Positions 19,961-29,623 of a DNA stretch of 64,000 nt are shown here, piece after piece (the stretch's first letter is position 1; each line of letters begins with the position of its first letter). The notes beneath the pieces were generated by a model. That model searched no databases. It saw only the letters and a program-made list of their open reading frames with translations, and was not told where the DNA came from. Both the position numbers and the translations under genes were made by a program. The stretch is from the IMG/VR virus record IMGVR_UViG_3300010413_000018, positions 76,729 to 140,728 of that record; one strand, 5' to 3'. The DNA is from a virus.

Positions 19961-20368
19961 TTAAACGCTATCGAAAATAGCATCCAGATCTACGTCGTAC
20001 TCAGTTTCGGTAGCGGTTACGTCTACGAATAGATGACCCGCTTCCCTTGTTGCTCCATTCCGTACCGTGTTTGTTGGTACGATGAAATTTTCAAGCATGC
20101 GCTGTGCCGTTTCGTTTTCAGTCTGCAGCACTTCTTCCGGTGATATTTGTATGATCGGGCATTTTGTACGTTCAAAGAACTTAAGGGTGTCGTCTTGAAT
20201 TCTATCAAACGCTACCCGAAATTGAAACTTTCCGTCGCGCATGAACGGTGCCGCTAAAGTTTCATTAAGCTGATACAGCTTAACGGGTATAGTGTCCGAC
20301 AATGACTGGTCTTCGACGAACACGCGGCGTTCTTTGTCCGACGCGATTTTTACTGGTAATTTTGCCAT
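19961..20368 (-). CDS. Hypothetical protein
   Basis: GAGG RBS; in operon. Confidence 0.7.
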   Translation of the reverse strand: MAKLPVKIASDKERRVFVEDQSLSDTIPVKLYQLNETLAAPFMRDGKFQFRVAFDRIQDDTLKFFERTKCPIIQISPEEVLQTENETAQRMLENFIVPTNTVRNGATREAGHLFVDVTATETEYDVDLDAIFDSV

Positions 20369-20375
20369 GAGTACC

Positions 20376-20963
20376 TCATAGGATTATTGGGTTGTCCGGA
20401 TCAAATAGTATAGTCGTAGCACTTAATACTTGACCAATTTTTTGAATTACTGTTCCTGGCGTAGTTGGTAAAGGTGGTGTTATTAATCCACCTGATACTC
20501 CTAAAAATAGATCATCGCCTGGCGTAAGTCCAGTAAACCCAGTAATTACTCCAAAGAACGCAAGCGTGGCAGTCGCCGTTGACGGCTTTTCAATTATTAC
20601 GCCTACCACCGGAGCAGTCGCCACGCTTGTGTTATCAGCGATGTTCGCTTCATTACTACCCGTCGCGTAAACTAGGTTACGGATTGCTGAAGAAACTGGA
20701 ACCGAAAACTGGCCTGAACTGGAAACGACTTTAGATGAATCACCTAGTGCGTTTAAAAGAGATTGGAGGGAAGTGACCGGATCGTCGTACCATTTACCAA
20801 ATCCGCTCCCGTAAAGAATGCGTTTAATTTGAGAGCGTAGCGCATTAAGATCATCGCGGAGACTTTCTGCATCGGTCTGAAGTGTTGAACCGGCCGGTTG
20901 ATTGTCCGTATAATCATCCGACCGGTTTACTTGTAACTCTTGATCGAGTAGCTGTTTGGCCAA
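20376..20963 (-). CDS. Capsid cement/decoration-like protein (DUF2190-like C-terminus)
   Basis: TTG start with AAGGAG RBS; GLTPGDDLFL...IQKIGQVLSATTI motif. Confidence 0.65.
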   Translation of the reverse strand: MAKQLLDQELQVNRSDDYTDNQPAGSTLQTDAESLRDDLNALRSQIKRILYGSGFGKWYDDPVTSLQSLLNALGDSSKVVSSSGQFSVPVSSAIRNLVYATGSNEANIADNTSVATAPVVGVIIEKPSTATATLAFFGVITGFTGLTPGDDLFLGVSGGLITPPLPTTPGTVIQKIGQVLSATTILFDPDNPIIL

Positions 20964-21042
20964 AATACCGCTCCTTGCTTTATAGTATCACGGATACGGT
21001 AGCCAGTCAGCGCGTTCCGCAAGCGAAATAAGGAGCGTGTGT

Positions 21043-21648
21043 TTAGCCAATACCCTTCGCCCGAAGTAGCTTTTTAAGAATACGGGGACTGTACTTTTCT
21101 GGAATACTTACGCCGCTATCTTCGCACAATTCAAGCAGTGCGGAAGGTGACATAGCATCCAAGTTTATGCTTTCGCGGTCTTCGTCGTTTTCTAGCTCAG
21201 TGTCGTCAACTTCCAACGCTTTATGCACTACGTCTTCCGTCATCACAACGTTGTTGTCTCGCATTACACCTTCTTTTTTCAAGTCAACGTCGGAAACGTC
21301 TTTGCCGAAATCAGCAAAATCACTCTTCTTTTGCTTCTTTGACTTCGGAGGGCGCACGGTCGGTTCCGGTAATGCTCCTTGAAATGCTAGTCCTTGAAGA
21401 CCGGCTGCTCGCATTGCGAGCGCAAGTTCTTCTCGTGCGGTTGCTCTGAACTGCTCTTCAGTCATTACGTCGAAGTATAGCGCCCCACTGTCCTGCTTTA
21501 AGTCAGCAATTTTTGCCGCGTTAGCAGGTTTCATTTGATACCATTCACCGGACACGAAAAGCTTATCGCCAACGGTCACACGTCGCGCCAATTGGCCTTG
21601 AGCCTTACTGTACGGTTTAATTCGCACATAACGTATTTCGTCTGACAT
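21043..21648 (-). CDS. Hypothetical protein with C-terminal Rho-N/HeH-like helical motif
   Basis: LDAMSPSALLELC...GVSIP; typical post-capsid position. Confidence 0.6.
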   Translation of the reverse strand: MSDEIRYVRIKPYSKAQGQLARRVTVGDKLFVSGEWYQMKPANAAKIADLKQDSGALYFDVMTEEQFRATAREELALAMRAAGLQGLAFQGALPEPTVRPPKSKKQKKSDFADFGKDVSDVDLKKEGVMRDNNVVMTEDVVHKALEVDDTELENDEDRESINLDAMSPSALLELCEDSGVSIPEKYSPRILKKLLRAKGIG

Positions 21649-21676
21649 AATAATACCTATCCTTCCCTAGTAAGCA

Positions 21677-21700
21677 CCATCCCCGAATTAACGGGGATGG
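21677..21700 (-). terminator. Hairpin after capsid/decoration genes
   Basis: CCATCCCCG-aattaa-CGGGGATGG perfect 9-bp stem. Confidence 0.65.
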
Positions 21701-21733
21701 CGGTGGTTTTGTTAGTCTACTTCGTTCGGAGGC

Positions 21734-22060
21734 CTATTGACACCATACCGAAATTTCAATACCGGTATGACCGGATACGTCGGTTCCGTTAGCCACTTGC
21801 GCTCCAACGGCGCCGTTGGTCGACGCAGCGTACGCGCGTAGCACGCCGCTGGAGTCAACTTTCACGAAGCGAAGAACGGTTCCGTTGTCGGATCCAACAG
21901 TCTCGGAATACTTAACGGTTCCGCCATCAAGTTGATCCGAAACGTCGTAGCCATCCGGATTCGGGTACGAACTGTCCAGGTCGACGTTGAGTTTAACCCA
22001 GTAACCCGGAGCTTTGGTCGTCCGATGGGACTTTGCATTGCTATTGATCGTGATTGCCAT
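21734..22060 (-). CDS. Probable head decoration protein
   Basis: Directly after the capsid gene; LDSSYP..G...QVANGTDVS pattern. Confidence 0.6.
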   Translation of the reverse strand: MAITINSNAKSHRTTKAPGYWVKLNVDLDSSYPNPDGYDVSDQLDGGTVKYSETVGSDNGTVLRFVKVDSSGVLRAYAASTNGAVGAQVANGTDVSGHTGIEISVWCQ

Positions 22061-22104
22061 GATGTTCTCCTAAACCAAAAGGTTAGTGTTATGCTCGGGA
22101 CTGA

Positions 22105-23043
22105 TTAGACAGCCTGGATGCCCGTGGTTTTGACGACGGCCGGCTCGTGCGCAAATTTGAAATCTACGCGAGCGGTCACGACCATAATCCATACACCAGC
22201 GGAAATATCTTTGTCGGTTTCGACGCGAATATTGCGCCACACGCCAAACAGCATGTTGGCCGGATCCAGCAGAAGCATTACGGTTTCGTTCGTGCCTGCG
22301 CCCAAGTTGATCGGGAAAACTGGAACGCCTTCAACCGGAATGCCTTCGAACCCACGAGTCATCGCGCCGACAACATGCTCGTCGCCTAGCGGAGTTGCGC
22401 GATCGCCTAGTTCTTCGTGGTAGTCGATGACGGATTCGTCAGCGGTGTAGAAACGCAGTGCGCGCCGATCTTGTCGGAACTCACTCGGCATGGTCTTTAG
22501 CGCGCCCTTACAGATGGGGCGATCCAAAGTGGCGGTTCCGCCCAAAGACACGTTCGTGGACGCTTGCTTGATAAACCCATTGAGGGTTACCAACAACGTG
22601 TCGGAGCTGGTCGTGTCGCCGTTGAAAGCCAAGTCTTCGAGGTCCAACGAAATCCGTTCCGCCAAGGTTTCTTGTACGGTCGTCTCGAAGTTACCACGCT
22701 CGATGGAATCTTCGAGAGCTTCAAACGAGACGCGAGTTTCCGCCTTTACGAGCTGAGCATCCAGTTCGATCTTGTCGGTGTCGGGTCGGGCTCGGTTAGC
22801 TTCGGATAGCGCCGTATTCTCGTAACCCTTCCGGAGCGCGCGCGATCCATATCGGATCTTCTCGCGGAGTTCCTTCGGAGCTTTCATCGAGACGTACGTC
22901 ATCTTCGGCATAACGACTGCCTTGTCGATCGCTAGACGAATGAAACGATCAAGCTGTGCTGAGTTGAGGAGGCCTCCGGGTGCAAGTTGAGCCAACGCGA
23001 AGTCCGCCTTTTCTATGATGGTTCGATTTTCTTCCATGGACAT
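22105..23043 (-). CDS. Major capsid protein (HK97 fold)
   Basis: GGLLNSAQLDRFI...EALEDSIE...DLEDLAFNGD...TARVDF; after scaffold; AAGGAG RBS. Confidence 0.92.
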   Translation of the reverse strand: MSMEENRTIIEKADFALAQLAPGGLLNSAQLDRFIRLAIDKAVVMPKMTYVSMKAPKELREKIRYGSRALRKGYENTALSEANRARPDTDKIELDAQLVKAETRVSFEALEDSIERGNFETTVQETLAERISLDLEDLAFNGDTTSSDTLLVTLNGFIKQASTNVSLGGTATLDRPICKGALKTMPSEFRQDRRALRFYTADESVIDYHEELGDRATPLGDEHVVGAMTRGFEGIPVEGVPVFPINLGAGTNETVMLLLDPANMLFGVWRNIRVETDKDISAGVWIMVVTARVDFKFAHEPAVVKTTGIQAV

Positions 23044-23081
23044 GAGTTGTTACTCCTTGTGTGTTAAGTCACCAGTATCGC

Positions 23082-24422
23082 TTAGTAAATCCACTTATTT
23101 GGTCTGTCATTGGAACGCGAGTCCGGTGACACCTTACCCGCTCCCACTTCTTCTTGCCGAGACGCCGGAGCTTCCGGAGTTTTTAGCAAGCTCGAAATTT
23201 GTTTTTCCATGCTCTCCATGCGTTTCATCACAGGAGCAAGAATGTTGGTTGGATCGTCTTTCATAGCGTCCGCAACTGACTTATCTTCTGGAGACCCGCC
23301 AGTGCCAATGCTACCGATCGCGTTAGGCTTCTGTTCGTTGTTGGCTAGAATTTCATCAGCGCTTTTTTGAGCCACATCGGCCGGACTGATTTCTTCAACC
23401 AGTGCGCTGAGAGTTTTGATGGCGCCGCGCAACGTTGCCAAACGCTTAGAACTCATCTTCGCGCCCTTTTTGGCTACGGCAGTAATAAGCCCAGAAACGT
23501 ACTCAGCGGATTTGGAGAGTATTTCACTGTCGCTTTCGTCGATGTCCCCTACGACATCTTTATCCGCCGAAGCTTCATCTTTCTTTTCGGTCGCAGCCGG
23601 CTCTTGCGCTGTAGGCTTATCTTCCGGTTTGGCGTCTTCTTTCTTTTCGGTCGCAGCCGGTTCAGCCGGAGTTTCTTCTTTCTTCTCAGTGGCTGCTGGA
23701 GCTGCATCTTCTTTCTTGTCTTCCGGCTTTACGTCTTCTTTCTTCTCGGCCGGAGTAGCTTCTTCCTGCTTGGGCATAAGCACTTTTACGGCGTCCAATA
23801 GCTTTTGAAGCTTCTTGGCGTTTTCTTCTGTCGGTTCCGCGTTCTTATCAACGCCAAACAATCGACCCATGATGTCTGCAACCTCGTCCGGTCCGCCTGC
23901 TTCAGCGATCTCAGCCATAATAGCTGCCATTGCCTTTAGCTTATCCGAAGCTTCCGTTCCTAGCGCAGAAATAGGATCTCCCTTTTCGACTTCGTTCGGA
24001 AACTTAACGAGCAGGTCGTTCAGTTGCACGACGATGTCTTTGATCTCAACTGCTGCTTCACCGGGCATGGGCTTTTCGCTGGCTTCGGTGGTCTCTTCCG
24101 CTTTGCTGATTGCTTCATTGAGATTGACGAGTTTTTCCAGAGCTGCGGTAAGCGCGTTATCCATTTCTTGCCGCGCGGCAGCCGGAATCTTTTTGGTGAA
24201 CAGTGCGGGCATAGTATGTACTCCCTTTTCTTGTTTTACAGTTATAAACCTTCGCTTATTCGCAGCACGATCTACAAGAGATACTTCTTCCGGAAGTATA
24301 TCATGTAGGCGAAACCTTGCATCTGGGTCAACCTTTAAAATAAAATTTATTGCTCTTAGCCAAGCTTCTTTATTTTGCGGTTTTGCCATGTTTTGACTCT
24401 TATCTCTAAGTAAACCATTCAA
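23082..24422 (-). CDS. Scaffolding protein with N-terminal protease-like EVSLVDRAAN segment; probable internal start at 24212
   Basis: Acidic, helical, low complexity; between protease and capsid; GGGAG RBS before ATG 24212. Confidence 0.8.
   Translation of the reverse strand: MNGLLRDKSQNMAKPQNKEAWLRAINFILKVDPDARFRLHDILPEEVSLVDRAANKRRFITVKQEKGVHTMPALFTKKIPAAARQEMDNALTAALEKLVNLNEAISKAEETTEASEKPMPGEAAVEIKDIVVQLNDLLVKFPNEVEKGDPISALGTEASDKLKAMAAIMAEIAEAGGPDEVADIMGRLFGVDKNAEPTEENAKKLQKLLDAVKVLMPKQEEATPAEKKEDVKPEDKKEDAAPAATEKKEETPAEPAATEKKEDAKPEDKPTAQEPAATEKKDEASADKDVVGDIDESDSEILSKSAEYVSGLITAVAKKGAKMSSKRLATLRGAIKTLSALVEEISPADVAQKSADEILANNEQKPNAIGSIGTGGSPEDKSVADAMKDDPTNILAPVMKRMESMEKQISSLLKTPEAPASRQEEVGAGKVSPDSRSNDRPNKWIY
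23570..23765 (-). repeat. Imperfect coding tandem repeats (PAATEKKE / KPEDKKE)
   Basis: TTCTTTTCGGTCGCAGCCGG occurs at 23581 and 23641, with related units nearby. Confidence 0.85.
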
Positions 24423-24428
24423 TTAAGT

Positions 24429-25826
24429 TTAGCGCAAGCTTTCTCTGATAGCAGTTCCGCCAATTGAGAATCCAGTAAAAACGCCTGTTTTGACCGAATC
24501 CCATAGTTTATCATCGATAACGCGTACCGCCATTAGCCAAGTTCCTACTGGAAGAGTCTCGCCACCATGCACTTCTTCCGTCTTAGTGACGTAAGTTTCC
24601 AGTACGCGCACGCCGTCAATAGGCTGGCCAGCGTGCATTAGTTTGAATACGCCGCTTGATTTTTCCATATAAGCGTGTGCGGCTTTTTTCACTTCGTCTG
24701 CGCTGTAAATTTCACCTTGAGAGTCTACCTCATCAGGCACCAATACTACGCCAAAAACAAAACGTTCGTCTTTAGCTCCACCGGTATCCTCTGAGCTGTC
24801 AGCTTTTAGAATGCGCACCGCAGCACCTTCACTTTTATTAACGCTTTTTTCCGCGTTTTCAAGCATACGCCGCGCTTTATCTTGCAATTTCTTTTGCGCC
24901 GCAGCATCAAAACCCGGTATCTTTGCTTGAGGAATACGGGCTATTGCGTTACGAAGGTGAGGAAGATCGACTTTACCGTTCTGATCTTTTACTGGAAAAT
25001 GCCGTAGGCTTCTTGGCGTAGTTTTTCCTTCTCCATCTTTTTTACCACCGGACTCAATCAGCAAAAATGAGCTGTCTGGTAAGTTATTAATAAACGCGGC
25101 AGACCATACGGCTTTTTCTGTTGCATCCGCACTTTTAGTTGGCATCAAGCCGCGTTCTTTTAGTTCTTGCACGATCAGACCGTGTGCGTGTTGAATCTTG
25201 CCTATTTCCGCACTCGGTAGCTCGTCGTCTGAAACCATATCGATAAGGCTACCGCGTAGTAGCAATAACTCTTCATACGGCGCGTTTTTGATGTCCAGTA
25301 TTTCTGGATTATTAATAAAAGCTTGTGGGTCTACCATCGGATCGGCAGCGTCTACTGCTAGGTCTACTGAAGATCCGTGCTTTTTCAACACAACAGGAAT
25401 CGGAAAAGCTTGCACCAAGCTGAATGGAATGTAGTAGAATTTTTCTACGTCTTCGAATTCACCACGGTTCTTACTGCACACGCTATTGTCTACTTGCTCG
25501 ACAAACTGCTCAACGTTAGTACTACACACTGGTGCGCCTTGCTGCACAATTCCGTACGCAATAGGAGAACCATCTGACGCCATTAAAACTTGCTGTTCAC
25601 CAATCTTTGAAATTTGTGGACGTTGGGAAAACAAGCCAGCGCTTTTTTCTGCCAATAAGCGCTGTAGAATAAAAGCTGGCGACTCTACTTTCACAGTGGG
25701 CATAATCCCGCTGGGCAATTCTACTTTCCGACTACGGCGTTCTTTTTCTTTTCCGCCTTTACCGCCACAACGTTTTTCATCGAGAATACGCTTTGCTTCA
25801 AGTAGAATTTGTTCTTTTGTCGCCAT
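24429..25826 (-). CDS. XkdF-type prohead serine protease with long N-terminal extension
   Basis: ERFVFGVVLVPDEVDSQG...KAAHAY...LMH...GTWLM...TGFSIGG; start refined to the ATG just after the upstream stop. Confidence 0.9.
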   Translation of the reverse strand: MATKEQILLEAKRILDEKRCGGKGGKEKERRSRKVELPSGIMPTVKVESPAFILQRLLAEKSAGLFSQRPQISKIGEQQVLMASDGSPIAYGIVQQGAPVCSTNVEQFVEQVDNSVCSKNRGEFEDVEKFYYIPFSLVQAFPIPVVLKKHGSSVDLAVDAADPMVDPQAFINNPEILDIKNAPYEELLLLRGSLIDMVSDDELPSAEIGKIQHAHGLIVQELKERGLMPTKSADATEKAVWSAAFINNLPDSSFLLIESGGKKDGEGKTTPRSLRHFPVKDQNGKVDLPHLRNAIARIPQAKIPGFDAAAQKKLQDKARRMLENAEKSVNKSEGAAVRILKADSSEDTGGAKDERFVFGVVLVPDEVDSQGEIYSADEVKKAAHAYMEKSSGVFKLMHAGQPIDGVRVLETYVTKTEEVHGGETLPVGTWLMAVRVIDDKLWDSVKTGVFTGFSIGGTAIRESLR

Positions 25827-25831
25827 TGTAA

Positions 25832-26176
25832 TTAAACTTTCTGGATTCCCCAGCTGGCACGTTCCGTTGGAGGCGGTTCCCAATGACCCGTATCTAACTT
25901 AGTGCGTAAAGCCACGGGTAGCATGTCGAGCGCTCGGGTAATAGAGTACTTCATGTCACCACGCATGACCATGAATAAATCATAGCACATGTTGGTGCGT
26001 TGTTTAATTTCTCCCCGAGTTGGATTTGTCGCCAACGAGATGATTTTGCTTTGTAGTCGGCCGGCATCTGTCGCGAACGACTTCGCTACTGCATCGACGC
26101 AAGCTTTGGTGAAGCGCGCTAATTCCTGCTGGTTTAGCATACTTTCGAGTATTTCTTTTTTTGATTTCACGATCAT
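25832..26176 (-). CDS. Hypothetical protein
   Basis: ORF fills the gap in the head operon. Confidence 0.65.
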   Translation of the reverse strand: MIVKSKKEILESMLNQQELARFTKACVDAVAKSFATDAGRLQSKIISLATNPTRGEIKQRTNMCYDLFMVMRGDMKYSITRALDMLPVALRTKLDTGHWEPPPTERASWGIQKV

Positions 26177-26215
26177 GCGTCTAATTTACCGTGTTCAAAA
26201 AGATACGTCCAATTT

Positions 26216-27493
26216 TTATACGACTGGAACCGTAATGCACCGACATAAACCGTGCGCCGGAGGAGTCTGTGTCGCATTGGTTGACAAGAAATCTTTGACT
26301 GTTTTAAATGATCCGCGTTGATCTTCTTGCCCTACAGCGCTTCGAATTACATCCGCAATTTTAGTACCTAACGGGCCACCACGTTCTTTTGGCGCAACGT
26401 AAATTGCTCCGCCTTGTTCACGGAACCAAGCCTGTTCTTCCATCAAACCTTTTTCCGGATCTGAAGGTTGTTCAGCGGCGTCAAATTGCGCGAGCGCGCC
26501 ATCCACCGGTATTTTTGTTCCGTGTAAAAACCGACAGATATTACATGTCGCACCATCGAGTACTGCTTCCCACTCAAGAAATTCAATGCCTGCGTCTCGG
26601 TATCCGGTGAGTTGTCCGTAGCTGCTTGCGCGTCCAAGCGTCACGTTAGCCAGCATTCTAAAGTACGCTTCAGACCGATTTGTTATTCTTTGCGCTAGCG
26701 CTCCGTGTAGGTCTTTACCTATTAAGCGATCGTCAAATCCTCTTCGTAATCCTCTGGCAATAATCGCGCGTGCGTCCCGTTCCGCCCAACTGTTTGCCCG
26801 GCGACCGTAGTCTCCTTTGATAAAAAACGGCATGTTGCCAGCGATGCGTTTAATAGCCGCACGATCTGGACGAGCTAGATCGGTGGCAATGTGCAGCACA
26901 CTGGCACGTCGTGAGGCTGCACCGGTTTCCAATAAAGTGACTCCCGCTTTTGTCGTCGCTGCCGTCATACCAGATCCAGCACCGATGCTCGCCGCTGCCG
27001 CGCGCGTTTCCGCTACTACCGCGTCAATTTGTGCCTCTGAAAGATTGGACCAATTAATCGCTAATGAATCTAACGCTTCGTCAAGGTAGGCTGCTTCTTC
27101 ACCGCGCGCCGCTTTCAGTAAGTTGCTTTGAAGCTTCGCTGCTATTACTGCGCGATCGGCCGGCTTTAGTGGGTCGAGCTTCTTGGCTACTTTTACCCGT
27201 TTTGTTACGAATGGCCAATACCATAATCCGGAGCGTAATCGCATCGCACCGTGTAGCGTAATCACCGTGCCTTGGCTTTTATAGGCACCAATTTCCGCGC
27301 GCAGTTCTGCTTCTTGTAAGTTTTTACAGCGTATTAATCGACGCTGCTGTGGATAATAAATTGCTACCGCACAGCAGTCGTGTAATGTTGGAGGATCAAA
27401 CGCGAGTGCTTCCACTGGAAGTCGCTTAATAATTTTCCAAGGTGGACCAATAACCCCATCAGGGTAGTCTACCGTCGGGATGTGGTTGCACAT
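26216..27493 (-). CDS. Minor head protein (Mu gpF / SPP1 gp7 family)
   Basis: WEAVLDGATCNICRFLHG and PPAHGLCRCITVP motifs; start refined. Confidence 0.9.
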   Translation of the reverse strand: MCNHIPTVDYPDGVIGPPWKIIKRLPVEALAFDPPTLHDCCAVAIYYPQQRRLIRCKNLQEAELRAEIGAYKSQGTVITLHGAMRLRSGLWYWPFVTKRVKVAKKLDPLKPADRAVIAAKLQSNLLKAARGEEAAYLDEALDSLAINWSNLSEAQIDAVVAETRAAAASIGAGSGMTAATTKAGVTLLETGAASRRASVLHIATDLARPDRAAIKRIAGNMPFFIKGDYGRRANSWAERDARAIIARGLRRGFDDRLIGKDLHGALAQRITNRSEAYFRMLANVTLGRASSYGQLTGYRDAGIEFLEWEAVLDGATCNICRFLHGTKIPVDGALAQFDAAEQPSDPEKGLMEEQAWFREQGGAIYVAPKERGGPLGTKIADVIRSAVGQEDQRGSFKTVKDFLSTNATQTPPAHGLCRCITVPVV

Positions 27494-27494
27494 G

Positions 27495-27884
27495 CTACCG
27501 CTTAATAACTCTTTCTCCGCCAGTGACGCGAACCTTCGCGCTTGTGGTTCCACCCAAAGTTAGTGCGGTTACGCGAAACGCAGTCACGTGTCCGTTGATT
27601 TCTACCGTCCCTTCGGCGCCTTTCGCTAATACGATCGGAGTAAGCGCAGTCCATTGAACTCCGCTTGCCATTTGAAGCTGAATCAGCGGTTCAACCGTTA
27701 AGGTTGGGCTGGTTGGCGTACCGCCTACAAATTCACAGTACACGCGTACCTTTTTCCAAATACGGCCGTCGAAAATATCCGCATCACTGGAAGGTTCCCA
27801 AGCGGCTGCGTCGGCTGCCGTTAGGGTGTCACGCACTATTGCGGTGCCGCTTTCACCCATCAATTTGCTGTAAGCGTTATCCAT
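27495..27884 (-). CDS. Hypothetical beta-rich protein
   Basis: GAGG RBS; coupled to portal. Confidence 0.7.
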   Translation of the reverse strand: MDNAYSKLMGESGTAIVRDTLTAADAAAWEPSSDADIFDGRIWKKVRVYCEFVGGTPTSPTLTVEPLIQLQMASGVQWTALTPIVLAKGAEGTVEINGHVTAFRVTALTLGGTTSAKVRVTGGERVIKR

Positions 27885-27885
27885 G

Positions 27886-29622
27886 TTAATCCTCGTTTGA
27901 TTGTTGGTGTTCTTCTTCCACGGCAGCGCGCATTGTGCGAACTGCTACCTGCCTCAGTGCTTTCACTGCACGATCTTGATCTTCCGCAAGAGTGCGCGCT
28001 TCGTCTGCCATTATGTCAAGGTCAGAGTTTTCGTCGCGTTCATCAGTTGGATTAGCAAGCTGATGCCCGGCTAGGGTTAGTTCAAGCGGTTGCTTCGCCC
28101 AATCGTACGGAAGCGCTGGGATGGTCATTCCAAGAGCGTCAGCGAGAATGGCGCGCGCTTCGTTGATCGTCAACACGTTGACTTTTACCAAACGTTCCAT
28201 CACTTCAGAAACTATGTCTGGGTCTCGGGTGCGATTACCCGCTGACTTAAACTTCCAAAGCATGATGCCCAGTTCCGGAAGAATCTTACGATTTATGAAT
28301 GCGTCAAATTCTTTACGTTCCGGTTCGAACACTTGTTCTTCAGCGAAGCGCAAGCTAGCCATCGCCGTGCTTTTATTGAAATCTCGTACGTCTCCGCGCA
28401 TCAAACGTGGTAGCCTAAACGCAGAACCTATCTTATCGATGTTGCGTTCATCGTACGTTTGAAATTGACCGTCGTTCAGTTGAGTTTCTGTTAATGGTTT
28501 AAACTCAATTTTTGGTGCTGCTGCAACGCCTGAAAGTTGCTGTGCATCAGAAACGTTTGCTTCAAGAATTAGAATTTTGTGAAAGTTGCGTCGACCCTTA
28601 ATTTGATCGCGAATGTAAGTTTCAATTTTTGAATGGTCATCTTTACCGAGGCGACCACCTTGCACAAGAATAGCCAACGGCGGAATAGTCTTATTTTCGA
28701 AATAGTCGAAGTTGACTTCATCAGCGGCGCGCGATCCTAATGCGGCAAGCAACACGCCTACCCAACGCGGCATACCGTAAGCTTCGCCAGGGCGCGGTAG
28801 TTTAAAGTGCAGCATTTCAGTAGCCGGCTTATCGTTCTCTGCTTTGTTAGCCTCAAACTCATCCATGTCCTTGTATACGTTTCCGGTCTTACGCGATACT
28901 ACCCGAGGGTCGCCAAACTCTTTAAAATAAACCGCCGTTCGGCTAATCACTTGAACGTAGCGCCTAAAAAAGCGGTATTGTACGATGGTTTCAGTTTGAA
29001 GTGGGCCGGACGGAACTTCATCTTCAACAGCGATAGGATCTTTATCTTGCTTGGTTAGGCGAACGTGTGTCGCCGGCACTAGCAAAGCGCGAGAAACTTT
29101 TCCTTCTTTGTTGCGAAGAATCTCCCAATACGCGTTGCCGATTGTCTCAAGATGCTGGCGTGTTTGGCGCCGTAGCGACGTGAATGACCCTTCCGGATTG
29201 ATGTACTCTAAAAAGTTGCGTAGCATTAATTCTTCAAACCGCGCGCGCGTCCGTAGGCTTTTCATCTCTTCTTCAACTTCATCATCAGACGGCATGTTTT
29301 CCAGTTCGCCAGTTTTCAGCCACATTGCTTCCCGCACCTTTTCGTGCACTTCGTCGCTTTCAAAGTCAAAGACTGGTTCTAAACGGTAGCCTAACCCGTC
29401 GATATTGGTCGAGTACGATTCGATATTTTGGTTGAGCGCACTGCTGTTTTCAACAATACGCATCAGCTTTAGTGGATCGTACGGTGGCATCAGCAAATTG
29501 TCGCTTGCTACTAAATCGCGTAGCGTGTTGCTGGTGTCATCCTGTAATGACGCTGGTTGTTCAGTGGCGCCTGCTTCGGCGACGGTTGCTTTAAAAATTG
29601 TAACTTTTTCTCTATTGTCCAT
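27886..29622 (-). CDS. Portal protein (PBSX-like)
   Basis: PPYDP...IGNAYWEILRN...EMLHFK...YGMPRW...YFEN..IP...AFRLP motifs; after TerL. Confidence 0.93.
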   Translation of the reverse strand: MDNREKVTIFKATVAEAGATEQPASLQDDTSNTLRDLVASDNLLMPPYDPLKLMRIVENSSALNQNIESYSTNIDGLGYRLEPVFDFESDEVHEKVREAMWLKTGELENMPSDDEVEEEMKSLRTRARFEELMLRNFLEYINPEGSFTSLRRQTRQHLETIGNAYWEILRNKEGKVSRALLVPATHVRLTKQDKDPIAVEDEVPSGPLQTETIVQYRFFRRYVQVISRTAVYFKEFGDPRVVSRKTGNVYKDMDEFEANKAENDKPATEMLHFKLPRPGEAYGMPRWVGVLLAALGSRAADEVNFDYFENKTIPPLAILVQGGRLGKDDHSKIETYIRDQIKGRRNFHKILILEANVSDAQQLSGVAAAPKIEFKPLTETQLNDGQFQTYDERNIDKIGSAFRLPRLMRGDVRDFNKSTAMASLRFAEEQVFEPERKEFDAFINRKILPELGIMLWKFKSAGNRTRDPDIVSEVMERLVKVNVLTINEARAILADALGMTIPALPYDWAKQPLELTLAGHQLANPTDERDENSDLDIMADEARTLAEDQDRAVKALRQVAVRTMRAAVEEEHQQSNED

Positions 29623-29623
29623 A

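Noticed and set aside
23570-23765. CRISPR-like repeat array
   Set aside because: The repeats are in-frame coding units of the scaffold protein and lack unique spacers.
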